Assembly (NCBI GenBank): GCA_045046875.1
Contig: JASFYY010000107.1
Location: 1-39,260 of the forward strand
DNA from: Verrucomicrobiota bacterium
Lineage (GTDB): Bacteria; Verrucomicrobiota; Verrucomicrobiia; Verrucomicrobiales; DEV007
Reading direction: 5' to 3'
Length of the DNA stretch: 39,260 nucleotides
The position numbers were made by a program, and so were the translations under genes. Positions 1 through 9,800 of this stretch are shown here, in pieces (positions within the stretch are counted from its first letter, which is position 1; every line of letters begins with the position of its first letter). The notes under the pieces were generated by a model. That model had not been told where the DNA came from and did no database searches. It saw only the letters and a program-made list of their open reading frames with translations.

Positions 1-46
1 TCCCTTCCTCCATAAAAGCTACATCCCCCCCTACAGCCTCACCAAC

Positions 47-2065
47 CTATTCATACTTCTCAAACCACCGCACAATCCTGCTAATCTTATCCGCACGGTG
101 TCGTGGTTGACGAATCCCATGTGACTCATTCGGATAAATCACCAAGCCGGTTTCCACTCCAGCTCCAAGCAGCGCTTGATGAAAAGCCCTGGCCATCGGC
201 ATCGGGCAGCGACGATCATCCCGTGACTGCAAGATCAAAGTCGGTGTTTTCACCCGCCCCGCATAAGTGATCGGACTGTGATTATCCATCGCATGCGGAA
301 CCTCCCACGGTTTGCCACCAAACTCCCACTCCGTCCAGCTCTGCAAATCGCTCAGCGCCCACATCATCGTCATATCGGTGACCGCGTTCTCCGCCACCGC
401 TGCACGAAAACGAGTGCTCTGCCCCACGATCCAGGATGTCATGAATCCCCCGTAACTGACGCCATACACATAAAGCTGATCCTTGTCAGCCACGCCTTTT
501 TTAATCAGGAAATCGACTCCGCTCATGATATCGCGCAAATCACCGCCACCCAGATCACCACGGTCGGCATCTAAAAATGCCAAACCGTATCCGGTGCTGC
601 CACGGAAATTGGGTTTGAAGATCGCGTAACCTTTGGACGCAAGAATCTGATCATTAAAACCAACGCCCAGTCCCGATCGGTGATGCGGTCCGCCATGCGG
701 AAGAACCATCAGTTTGTAAGGAGGCTTGGCGATATCCGGATGTGGCTTGACCAATGCCCCTTCGATCTGCATGCCCTCTCCGTTGTCCCACACCACACGC
801 TCACTTGTGGCATTAAGCCTCGGCGGCAATTTATTACCCCCCTTCACTACAGGCCGGAAACGGCTCTCAAGTTTACGCTGTTTGGCATGAGGGGTATCAC
901 TTCCACCGCCATCGCTGATCTCCCCCGTATCGACATTGATAATATAACGCCTGGTGACGAGTCCAACATTTGCATCGTAAATCACATGTTTGTCATCCAG
1001 CCAACAATCCTCAAGCAAAGACATTCCCGGTGAGGGTGTCTTTTGAAAATCTATATCCGGCGCACGGAAATTGTAAACGATTCTCATCTCCGGCTTCTTG
1101 CCAGCAGTCACCACTGCCAGATTGTAAATATCCTGATGCGGCCCCCGACGCGGCGAAGTCAGGCAAATCAGCCGCGAACCGTCAGGCGAAAATCGCGGCG
1201 AAAACTCCGGACCATACCCGTCCGTCAACTGACGCATTTTTTTTGTTACCACATCGATCTCCCACAAATCGTAGTTTTTGTTGATGCTGTAACGCACCGA
1301 TTCCTGGTCATCCGTGCGGTTAGCATGAACCACCACCTTTTTCCCATCAGCTGACCACTGAGGATCGCCATACCAGAAACCGTCGTCCGTTAGACGAGTG
1401 ATTTTTTCAGCCGCGTATTCACCTGGTTTTTCGGCAAGCTCAGCGATCCAGATATCAGCCACGCCAAAGCCGGTGTAACCCTCACCCTGATCCTGACGCA
1501 CCACTTGAACTCCATTCTCAACTTCAGCCTCGGATCGTGGATCCTCCCCGTCATCTGCCGCGAACAACAAGCGTTTGCCATCCGGCGAAAAAGACACATG
1601 CCCGTAAAAACGATCCGGATAAACCCTGCCATAGGGCTTTTTGGGTCCACCCAGAGGAATCGCCTTGCCTCCCGCTGCCGGAATGAGCCAGAGATCAACC
1701 GTTGCTTCGGAAAACACCGCCGCTGCAGGCGTCTGCTTCCAGCCCTTGGGGCGTGCACGCGTCGAGAAAAATACGATCCACTTCCCATCCGGAGAAAACA
1801 TCGGCGTGCGCGCGTCCGGTTCTCCGGCTTCCATCGCCTCTGATTTCAACGGATCCCCCGTCGAACGCCACAACGACTGACGCTGTTTTTTGCTTTCAGG
1901 TTCGATCCAATTGTGAACCGCCGCCCCGACACTAGCATCAGACGATACCGCTACCGGATAAAAACTTTCAGCCGCAAAAAGGTCATCAACTTGCCAAGGC
2001 CGGGCTTCCTCAGCACCAAGCCGGGTCGACAATAATGCCAACAGAATTAGGGTTTTGATCTGCAT
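47..2065 (-). CDS. S9 family (prolyl oligopeptidase/acylaminoacyl) peptidase with N-terminal beta-propeller, secreted
   Basis: 672 aa. Signal peptide, PD40-like repeats (P.FSPDGK), HGGP motif, nucleophile GVSYGG, catalytic Asp (DDRRCP) and His (NESHG). Confidence 0.92.
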   Translation of the reverse strand: MQIKTLILLALLSTRLGAEEARPWQVDDLFAAESFYPVAVSSDASVGAAVHNWIEPESKKQRQSLWRSTGDPLKSEAMEAGEPDARTPMFSPDGKWIVFFSTRARPKGWKQTPAAAVFSEATVDLWLIPAAGGKAIPLGGPKKPYGRVYPDRFYGHVSFSPDGKRLLFAADDGEDPRSEAEVENGVQVVRQDQGEGYTGFGVADIWIAELAEKPGEYAAEKITRLTDDGFWYGDPQWSADGKKVVVHANRTDDQESVRYSINKNYDLWEIDVVTKKMRQLTDGYGPEFSPRFSPDGSRLICLTSPRRGPHQDIYNLAVVTAGKKPEMRIVYNFRAPDIDFQKTPSPGMSLLEDCWLDDKHVIYDANVGLVTRRYIINVDTGEISDGGGSDTPHAKQRKLESRFRPVVKGGNKLPPRLNATSERVVWDNGEGMQIEGALVKPHPDIAKPPYKLMVLPHGGPHHRSGLGVGFNDQILASKGYAIFKPNFRGSTGYGLAFLDADRGDLGGGDLRDIMSGVDFLIKKGVADKDQLYVYGVSYGGFMTSWIVGQSTRFRAAVAENAVTDMTMMWALSDLQSWTEWEFGGKPWEVPHAMDNHSPITYAGRVKTPTLILQSRDDRRCPMPMARAFHQALLGAGVETGLVIYPNESHGIRQPRHRADKISRIVRWFEKYE

Positions 2066-2086
2066 AATGTCCTCTGTGGTTTAAAA

Positions 2087-3463
2087 TTATTTCCCCTTCG
2101 CCTTCCGCTCTTTCTCTTTCGCATCCCGCTTTTTCACATCCTTGGAATGTTTGGAAAAAGATTCAAACACATCACCAATCACCAGATCTGCCAACTGCCC
2201 GAGTTTGGTCAAAATGATCTGCTCGGCTTCCGGTTTCAATTTAGAAGTATTCGGCTCATAACCTCCCACCTTATAAGAATCCTTCGTGGCAATATACCCA
2301 ATCCCACCATTCGCATAACCGACAATGATAGGAATGGCCCGATCAGCAATCGCAGCTTCCAACTTAAACCCATACTCAACCATTGGTTCGCCGGGCATGG
2401 TCAGCATCAGATAGGGGCCGATTTTGAAAGCCATCAACTCAGCGCTGACATCGCCCTCCTTACCTGGAAGTGTGATGACCTCACTCGCCACCTTGATTGG
2501 ATAATAATCCCCGCGCTGCTTCAGTTTTTCCCGCGTCACATTGTGCGCCAGCGAACGAACCACTGCGCTACCCAGGTCCCGACCCGCCCATTGGATGTCG
2601 GCCTCGTCTGCACAGCGGTAAGGGTAACCTGGGAGATTCGGGCGGATATCCCCGGCGCAACCCTGAATAAACAGCGCATGGGTTTGATCACCATAGACCA
2701 TCTCAACAAAGCTTTGCGCCTCTCCGGGAAAATCAGCAGTCATTTTCGGATAACCATTTGGATAAGGACGAGTGCCTTTGTCCCCCCAGGTGAAAAAACA
2801 AGGATGACAAACTGCATGCATGATCACCGCCAGCGGGGTGAGCGATTTGCCATCATCAAAACGTAAAACCTTTACTCGCTGATCATTCGGCCCATCCGAG
2901 TTGAGATTCACCACCGAACGACCATCGATCACCTTGCGTCGATTGATGTTAAATCCGATTTTATCCTCACCATATCCAACCGTCACCTTGCGCATGTTGG
3001 CGGCAGCTTCTTTAGCGGCGGCAGCAATCTTATTCACCAGCACCTGGCCCCATTTTGACTTGGGATCAAAATCAGGTCCCGAGTGATTGTGGGAAGCAGT
3101 GATCATGATATTTTCGGAAGGAACCCCGGTTTCCGCCGTAATACGCTGCCGAACCAGTGGCACCAAGTCGTTCCACACATTCACCACATCGAGTGTCACA
3201 ATAGCCGCCTGGGTGTTACCATCATCAAGCAACAATACCCCCGCTTTTAAAGGGTCGCGCACTCCATTGACCTTACGCACATGCCCCACGGTCATCATGC
3301 CCTTGACCTCGACCGGAGTGATATCCACCTTGGCCACTCCTGCTTTAAGATTAGAAGAAACCGCAAACTGCCCGTCAGGCACTTCAGCCTTCAACTGGGG
3401 CATAAAAAACAAACAAACAGCTATAATTAACAATCGGAAACAAGGGGGCTTGCACATAATCAC
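2087..3463 (-). CDS. Neutral/alkaline ceramidase-like hydrolase
   Basis: 458 aa. Signal peptide; AGVAKVDITP, ASHNHSGP, CHP, ADFPG, QGCAGD and PGEP motifs typical of the family. Confidence 0.8.
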   Translation of the reverse strand: MIMCKPPCFRLLIIAVCLFFMPQLKAEVPDGQFAVSSNLKAGVAKVDITPVEVKGMMTVGHVRKVNGVRDPLKAGVLLLDDGNTQAAIVTLDVVNVWNDLVPLVRQRITAETGVPSENIMITASHNHSGPDFDPKSKWGQVLVNKIAAAAKEAAANMRKVTVGYGEDKIGFNINRRKVIDGRSVVNLNSDGPNDQRVKVLRFDDGKSLTPLAVIMHAVCHPCFFTWGDKGTRPYPNGYPKMTADFPGEAQSFVEMVYGDQTHALFIQGCAGDIRPNLPGYPYRCADEADIQWAGRDLGSAVVRSLAHNVTREKLKQRGDYYPIKVASEVITLPGKEGDVSAELMAFKIGPYLMLTMPGEPMVEYGFKLEAAIADRAIPIIVGYANGGIGYIATKDSYKVGGYEPNTSKLKPEAEQIILTKLGQLADLVIGDVFESFSKHSKDVKKRDAKEKERKAKGK

Positions 3464-3568
3464 GTTCTTTCACGGGGGGGAATTGCCGAAAATCGCATCA
3501 GCAAACCTTGCCATTATCCCCCGAAAGCACTCGGGACACAAGCTCAACCTGCGGCAAATCCCGAACCC

Positions 3569-3854
3569 GGGCGTAAACAGAATAGTTAAGCTGCTGACAG
3601 CCATGCGTTCCGTCCTTGCAGGACTGGAAGAATTGGATTTTTTACCCAGTGCGAAGCGCTGGGCTGTCTCATTGAGCACCGTTGGTGCAATAGAGATGAA
3701 AGCAAACTGTCCTGTAAGGACAAAATGTGATAGCCCAGTGCGAAGCGCTGGAGTTAGATCGGTTTTATTGCCAGCCCTAAAAGGGCGAAATGATATTGAT
3801 GGGTGATAAGCTAGCTTTCAATAAATAATGGCTAACTTTTTTATCCTGCACCTC
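3569..3854. mobile_element. MITE-like repeat, copy 1 (diverged, inverted relative to 30919-31210)
   Basis: Aligns end to end with the reverse complement of 30919-31210. Right end taacttttttatcctgcacct matches the copy-2 TIR at 19/21; left end is degenerate. Internal hairpins cccagtgcgaagcgctggg, tgtcct-gta-aggaca, gccct-aaa-agggc. Confidence 0.8.
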
Positions 3855-3914
3855 CCGCCCCCCCCTCAACGGCTTTCACAAAAATATCTCCATCCTCTTT
3901 GCTAAGCACGCCCT

Positions 3915-4184
3915 CTAACCCTCCGGCAGTTTAGCTAGATAAGTCTCGGGATCAGCTTTAAATACCTTGACGCACCGTTTACAACAAAACTTCATCTCCT
4001 GTCTCTGATAGACAATCCGTTTGGGTTTGCCCATTTTTGCCAGCGGCACATCCATCACCAAACACTTATCGAAGGGGTAGGGTTTGACATCGGCGCCGCC
4101 CTTCCCCGTCATCGAATCCGTCGCGCAGGAAACCGTTAACAAAACGACTGCTAGAGCGAGCGCGATGGGAAGCAAATTTTTCAT
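3915..4184 (-). CDS. Small YHS/TRASH-like Cys-rich metal-binding lipoprotein
   Basis: 89 aa. Lipobox LTVSC; C...(Y)...KFCCxxCxxxFxxDPxxY pattern. Confidence 0.7.
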   Translation of the reverse strand: MKNLLPIALALAVVLLTVSCATDSMTGKGGADVKPYPFDKCLVMDVPLAKMGKPKRIVYQRQEMKFCCKRCVKVFKADPETYLAKLPEG

Positions 4185-4198
4185 ATCAAAAAATGACC

Positions 4199-5158
4199 TT
4201 ACGCCAGACCAAATTCACGATCCAAATTGGCGGACACCTCTTGCAGACGCTCCAAACCACCACCACCAACTTCCGCAGCCAACCAACCGTGGTAATTGAT
4301 CTCGATCAAAGCCTTGCGCACATCGGCAAAATCAATATCTCCTTCGCCGATTTTCGCCCATTTATCCTCTTTGCGATTGAACCCTTTCACATCGAGTTTG
4401 ATCACTCGTTTGCCCAAAGTCCGAATCCAGTCACCCATCGAACCATATTTCCAGTGATTGCCTATATCAAAATGCATGCCCACCCAAGGTGAATTAAACT
4501 CATCCACATAAGCCGCCAATTTGTCCGCCGTCTGCTCATGACCTCCTTCGTGATCATAAGTGAAATGATTCCACACATTCTCGATCACAATCGCCACCCC
4601 CAGCTCGGCCGCCAATGGCACCGCCTGTTTGATATTATCCACCGACCGTTTCCAAATTTCTTTCTCCGGCCCATCTTTACCATGACCCACCACCAACAAA
4701 ATAGTGTGGCCTCCCACCGCTTTTGTTTCCCTGATGCCATTTTTTAGATTTTCCAAAGCTGCGGCCCGAACCTTGGCATCAGGATCCGTGTGGCGAATAT
4801 TCCAATGTCCAGCATTAACCGAACCATCCACCGTCAAGCCCGACTCTTTGATCGCTTTTTTCACCTCTTCCACATCACTGCCCGGACAGTTCAACTCCAC
4901 CCCCTGAAACCCTGCCTGTTTGGCAATCTTGAAACGCTCGGTCAAAGAAGCATCCTTGACCTTAATCATACCAATTTTCAAGGTCTTGAAAATACGTCCT
5001 TTTAAAGGATCTGACACCGCATCAGCAGCCATCCCATTGCCGGCCGAAGCCGCAAAACCAAGAGCCACTGCCGAAGCCGCTGAACCTTGTAAAAAATGGC
5101 GCCGGGAAAAAGGCGCTTGTTTGTCGGAAGAATGAGGAGGGTTTTCAGATTTCATCAT
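4199..5158 (-). CDS. Sugar phosphate isomerase/epimerase (xylose isomerase-like TIM barrel), Tat-exported
   Basis: 319 aa. Tat motif SRRHFL; GFQGVEL, IENVWN, FDIGN and AEV metal-ligand motifs. Confidence 0.85.
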   Translation of the reverse strand: MMKSENPPHSSDKQAPFSRRHFLQGSAASAVALGFAASAGNGMAADAVSDPLKGRIFKTLKIGMIKVKDASLTERFKIAKQAGFQGVELNCPGSDVEEVKKAIKESGLTVDGSVNAGHWNIRHTDPDAKVRAAALENLKNGIRETKAVGGHTILLVVGHGKDGPEKEIWKRSVDNIKQAVPLAAELGVAIVIENVWNHFTYDHEGGHEQTADKLAAYVDEFNSPWVGMHFDIGNHWKYGSMGDWIRTLGKRVIKLDVKGFNRKEDKWAKIGEGDIDFADVRKALIEINYHGWLAAEVGGGGLERLQEVSANLDREFGLA

Positions 5159-5237
5159 GACAAATCCCTAGCCCGAACCCCATCCCTCGTCCAGCCTTTT
5201 CATTTAAGATTTATCATCTGGCATTTACCATTTGCCC

Positions 5238-5543
5238 TTATTTTTTGCGTCTTGACGGCTTTGTTTGAGACCTTTTACCCTTGGTTCCCGGTGCCGTGCG
5301 ATCGGGTCCAAAATATTTCTCACTGCGATACCGCAACCACACCCTCAGCACCTGCGGCACCTTTTCCCGCTCTTCCGGGCTCAAGCTCTCATATAAAACC
5401 ATCGCCTTTTCCCGCTCACCCCGGCACGCCCTGTTATTATGCGCATCCCAGTAGCTGCGCGCCACACGAATGCGCCGACAGACCTCTTTAACCAGCGCCT
5501 TGCCAAGCAAAGGCTTGTTATTCTTATTCTTCTTTGCCGGCAT
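5238..5543 (-). CDS. Small basic hypothetical protein
   Basis: 101 aa ORF with ATG start, co-oriented with neighbours; ordered helical core (RRIRVARSYWDAH...RVWLRYRSEKYFG). Confidence 0.7.
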   Translation of the reverse strand: MPAKKNKNNKPLLGKALVKEVCRRIRVARSYWDAHNNRACRGEREKAMVLYESLSPEEREKVPQVLRVWLRYRSEKYFGPDRTAPGTKGKRSQTKPSRRKK

Positions 5544-5631
5544 TACTGAAAAGAGTATTGGTTTTCAATCGGCTTATGCTACCATCCCCCCTTCCGAATT
5601 CCTAATTTTGAATCCTGAATCCTTATTTCCC

Positions 5632-6741
5632 ATGTCCGCCGAAGAAGTTGCCAAAAAGTTTCAAGTGCCCGGTCGCCTGGTCACTTTAAAAAGCATCACC
5701 ACCGGCAATGTCAACGACACCTACCGGGTGATTTTGCGCACCACCTTTTCTGAAGAACAATTCATCCTCCAGCGCATCAATAAAACCGTGTTCACCAAAC
5801 CCGCGTTGGTGATGTCCAATATGAAACGCGTGACCGATCACGCCCACCGCCGCATCGAAAGCGAAGCCGACGGCGCCGACCGCATCTGGCAACTGCCTCG
5901 TGTCATCCCGGCCAAGGACGACAAGGACTACGTCATCGACAGTGAAGGCGAATACTGGCGTGCGCTGTCGCTGATCGCCAGCACCACCTGCTACGACCGG
6001 GTGGACAGCATCGAACACGCCATCGAAACCGGTGTGGTGCTCGGTCACTTCCAACGCATCATCTCGGATTTCCCCGTTGATCAACTCGAAGACACCCTGC
6101 CAGGTTTTCATATCACCCCATTGTATCTTGCCAACTACGACGCCGTGCTCGCCACCAGCGAAGCGCAGGAACGCCTCGCTTCTTCCGGCGAAGCCCGACG
6201 CCTCGCCCGCTTTGTGGAAGAACGGCGGGACTTTTGTTCGGTGCTGGAAGATGCCGTTGCCCGAGGCGAACTCAAACTACGCCCGATCCACGGTGATCCA
6301 AAGATTACCAACATCATGATCGACAACCTCAGCGGCAAAGGCACCTCCATCGTCGACCTCGACACCGTCAAGCCAGGCCTGATCCATTATGACTTCGGCG
6401 ACGCCGCCCGCTCCTGCTGCAATCCCGCCGGCGAGGAAACCACCGACCTGTCGGAAGTTTTCATCGACATGGACTTTTTCGACGGCCTGGTCAAAGGCTA
6501 CCTGCGCCAGGCTGACTCCTTTCTCAGCGAAGCCGATCACAACTACCTCTACGATTCCGTGCGCCTGATTTCCTTCGAACTCGGCCTGCGTTTTTTCACC
6601 GACTACCTAGCCGGAGACGTTTATTTCAAAACCAGCTACGACGGACAAAATCTCAACCGCGCCCGGGTCCAACTCAAGCTCTGCGACAGCATCGAGTCCA
6701 ACGAAGCCCCCATGAAACGCGCCCTCGAGAACAAAATCTAG
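5632..6741 (+). CDS. Aminoglycoside phosphotransferase-fold kinase (N-acetylhexosamine 1-kinase-like)
   Basis: GNVNDTY P-loop, ILQRIN, Brenner motif HGDPKITN, DLDT, RFFTDYL. Start placed at ATG 5632 because the longer ORF overlaps the divergent gene. Confidence 0.85.
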   Translation: MSAEEVAKKFQVPGRLVTLKSITTGNVNDTYRVILRTTFSEEQFILQRINKTVFTKPALVMSNMKRVTDHAHRRIESEADGADRIWQLPRVIPAKDDKDYVIDSEGEYWRALSLIASTTCYDRVDSIEHAIETGVVLGHFQRIISDFPVDQLEDTLPGFHITPLYLANYDAVLATSEAQERLASSGEARRLARFVEERRDFCSVLEDAVARGELKLRPIHGDPKITNIMIDNLSGKGTSIVDLDTVKPGLIHYDFGDAARSCCNPAGEETTDLSEVFIDMDFFDGLVKGYLRQADSFLSEADHNYLYDSVRLISFELGLRFFTDYLAGDVYFKTSYDGQNLNRARVQLKLCDSIESNEAPMKRALENKI

Positions 6742-6769
6742 GCACAAGCCAAGTCGTCAACTTACTATT

Positions 6770-6794
6770 GTAGGGCGACCGCTCCGGTTGCCCT
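6770..6794 (+). repeat. GTAG-type REP-like hairpin / possible terminator between convergent genes
   Basis: gt-agggcgaccg-ctc-cggttgccct: 10-bp stem with one G:T pair, 5' GTAG, short T run after. Confidence 0.5.
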
Positions 6795-6884
6795 TTCATC
6801 TCCCCCAATTCCGAGCCTTGGCCACCAAAGTCTTGACGGAGAAGACTGCGTGAGATCTTCTTCTCCCTGCTTCTCCGGAGACTG

Positions 6885-9800
6885 CTACCAAGCTAACGAA
6901 TCTATCAATTCTTCCACCCGCTTTTCGGACACCTTCACCTTCCTCGGAAAGCTCGGCGCAAACTCCGCAACACGCCATTCCATTAACAGCCAACCAGCTG
7001 CCCACAGTTCTGTATTTCCCGGATCCTCCCGCCAGGCAGGGAACCACCGGTTCCACTGCCTTTGCACCCGCTCACGTTTTTCCTCATCCTTGAACAAAGG
7101 CAGACTATTGAGCCGCTTGAGCCGCTCTTCCATCGCAGAAAAATAACGCACATAATCACTAAACCGGTCATATCCAGCACGCCAGACAAAACCCACGGAT
7201 AACAACCACTCCAGCTCTTGCGATAAATCATCCGCCACCACTGCCAAGTGACGATCTTCGCGATGACCCTCGATCCAGTCAGAAATACGCCGTTCACTCT
7301 CTATCATCGATTCAAAAGCACCCGTCACCTTGCGCGCGCATTCGTAAAGTTCGCTTTTTCCGCTCGCGGCCGCCGTCACAAAAGAGTCCTCGGTTCTCGG
7401 CATCACCTTCCCCAGCGCCCCTTCACACGCCACCCGTAGCAGATCGACCACCAACTCACCCTCTCCCGAATCCATCACCGGTAGCATCATCTTGCCCAAC
7501 ATGCCTAATGGCAATTGGCGCCGCACATAATCAACCTGGCTTTTTTGCTCAATCTGAAACAGCCTGATGCAGCCCGCACGATGACTCTCATCCGCCTGCG
7601 ATCGATCTAAAAAAGCCCGCATGCCGACCGCCTCCCCTTCATCCACCAAAGCGGGAAACACCCCGTCCTCAGCCACCTCCGGAATATCGCCAAAACCCCA
7701 CTCTTCCCCACCGGTCATTTCCCATTCTTCATTCACTAGAATCTCGCGACGTTCACGCATCAGTCCGCTGAGCTGTCTGCGAATCTCAGCAACATCTTCA
7801 CTCAGCCCCATCTCCTGCCCTCCCTCGCTCCACACCCTCACCTTGGGCCGCAACTCATCAGGCAAGCTGTCAGGTTCAAACATCCCAAGCTCAATGCGTT
7901 GTTCGATGCGCTTGGAAAGAAAGTCCGCCAACTCATCGCACAAAAAACGCACAGGCTCCCAGCCGTCCCACTCCGTTACAAACTCCTGCGCCGCCACACG
8001 ACCTGGAGAACAAAGCTGACGCTGGTTTTTTGGCAACGTGCGGATCAGCAAATACACCCGCTCCTCCAACAAACCCCGCACCGCCCAACTTGGCAGGTGA
8101 TCAGGGAAATCAACAATTTCATCCATTCCAATCTCAAAAACCAAACCATCCGCACGCTCCCCGGGTCTCTCCGCATAACTGACATTATAACACTTTTCGC
8201 CATACCAAACCGCATCGGGAAAAGCATCCAAGTCATCGATCTCACCCCACACACAATCCTGCATGGTGACCATCAACTGCTTTTCATTATCCTCCGTCGT
8301 GCGCCACTTTTGAAAATCTTTAGCCGTGCAAATAGCTTCCGGAATACGGGTTAGAAAAAAATCAAACACCTCCGCCTCCGACCACACCCCACCCGAACGA
8401 CGCAGCTTGTGCTCAATCTTTTCCACCTGCCCACGCACATCATCCAAATGCTGCAAAAACGCTCCCTTCGTACGCAAACCTCCACCCAATACCGCTTCAC
8501 GCACAAACACCTCATGCGCCTCCGCCGGATTGACCCGGCCATAAAAAACCCTGCGCCCATCCACCAAAGTGAGCCCTCCACAACGCACCGTTTCTTTACC
8601 ATAGACAGCCCCCTGCGCTTCGTTCCAACGCGGTGAATGGTAACTGTGACGACAAAGCTGAGGCACCAGCTCTTCAACCCACTTCACATCCATCTTGGTC
8701 ACCTTGCGCGCCCACACCCGGGTGGTTTCAACCAGTTCAAAACCTAACAACCATTCTGGTTTCTGTTTACCAAAAAGCCCCGAACCAGGAAAAATAGCAA
8801 ACTCCCTTCCCCCCGTGCTGCGATAGGCCCTCTTTTCCTTGTCCCAAAAACCAAACTGCATCGGAATGCCCGCCATCAACGACTTGTGCATTTCATCCTC
8901 ATCCCCCCACTGACTGCGCTCAGCGGGCAGAGCCCTTGTTTTCACCTTGAGCGTATCGCGCACCAGCCGCCCCAGTTCGCCAACAATCTGATCCCATTCC
9001 ATCACCCGACGAAAGCTCAGATAGTTCTGTTTACAAAATTTGCGCAACTGGTTGCGCTTAAAACGCCGCTTGTCACGAAACTGACCCACCGCACTCCAGA
9101 TATGCAGCAGGGTAAGAAAATCCGAATCCTCATCGTTGAACTTTCCATGAGCCTTGTCCGCTTCGTTTTGTTTGTCTTGCGGACGCTCCCGCACATCCAT
9201 CACACTCATGCCTCCAACCATCACCAACACCGCATCCAACACCTTACGTCGACTGCCCTCGATCAACATCCTGCCCAGACGAGGATCGAGCGGCAAACGT
9301 GCCAACTTATACCCCAGATCCGTCAAGTTCCCTCGCGCGCCCCCCTTCGCAGACAAAGGCACCATCGCCCCCACTTCTTCCAAGGTGCGATGCCCTTCAC
9401 TGATCGCCTTGCCCGATGGCGGACTGAGAAAAGGAAACTCACGCACATCCGGCAGGTGCAGCGATTTCATTCGCAAGATCACTCCCGCCAACGAAGTCCG
9501 TCGAATCTCCGGATCGGTGTATTCATCCGCCAGGTCCAAAATCTCCTCGCTGTAGAGCCGCACACACACACCCTCACTGATCCTCCCGCAGCGCCCTCGC
9601 CGCTGCCGCGCACTCGCCTGACTGATTTGCTCGATCTGCAAACCTTGAATTTGCCGTGCAGGGTTCCATCGGCTCACCCTCGCCTGACCACTATCGATCA
9701 CATACACAATGCCCGGAATCGTCACACTGGTCTCAGCGACATTGGTTGCCAGCACCACCCGACGGCGAGCTCCGTCCACATTGAACACCCGCTCCTGCTC

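Noticed and set aside
3087..3806. 239-aa plus-strand ORF and the 70-aa ORF at 31058-31270 as MITE-encoded proteins
   Set aside because: Antisense to a real gene or running through hairpin repeats; no transposase motifs and not conserved between the two copies.
5470..5631. N-terminal extension of the kinase ORF; likewise 10577-10702, 28387-28416 and 36707-36745
   Set aside because: These extensions overlap divergent genes or run through repeats or operators; downstream starts fit the family N-termini better.
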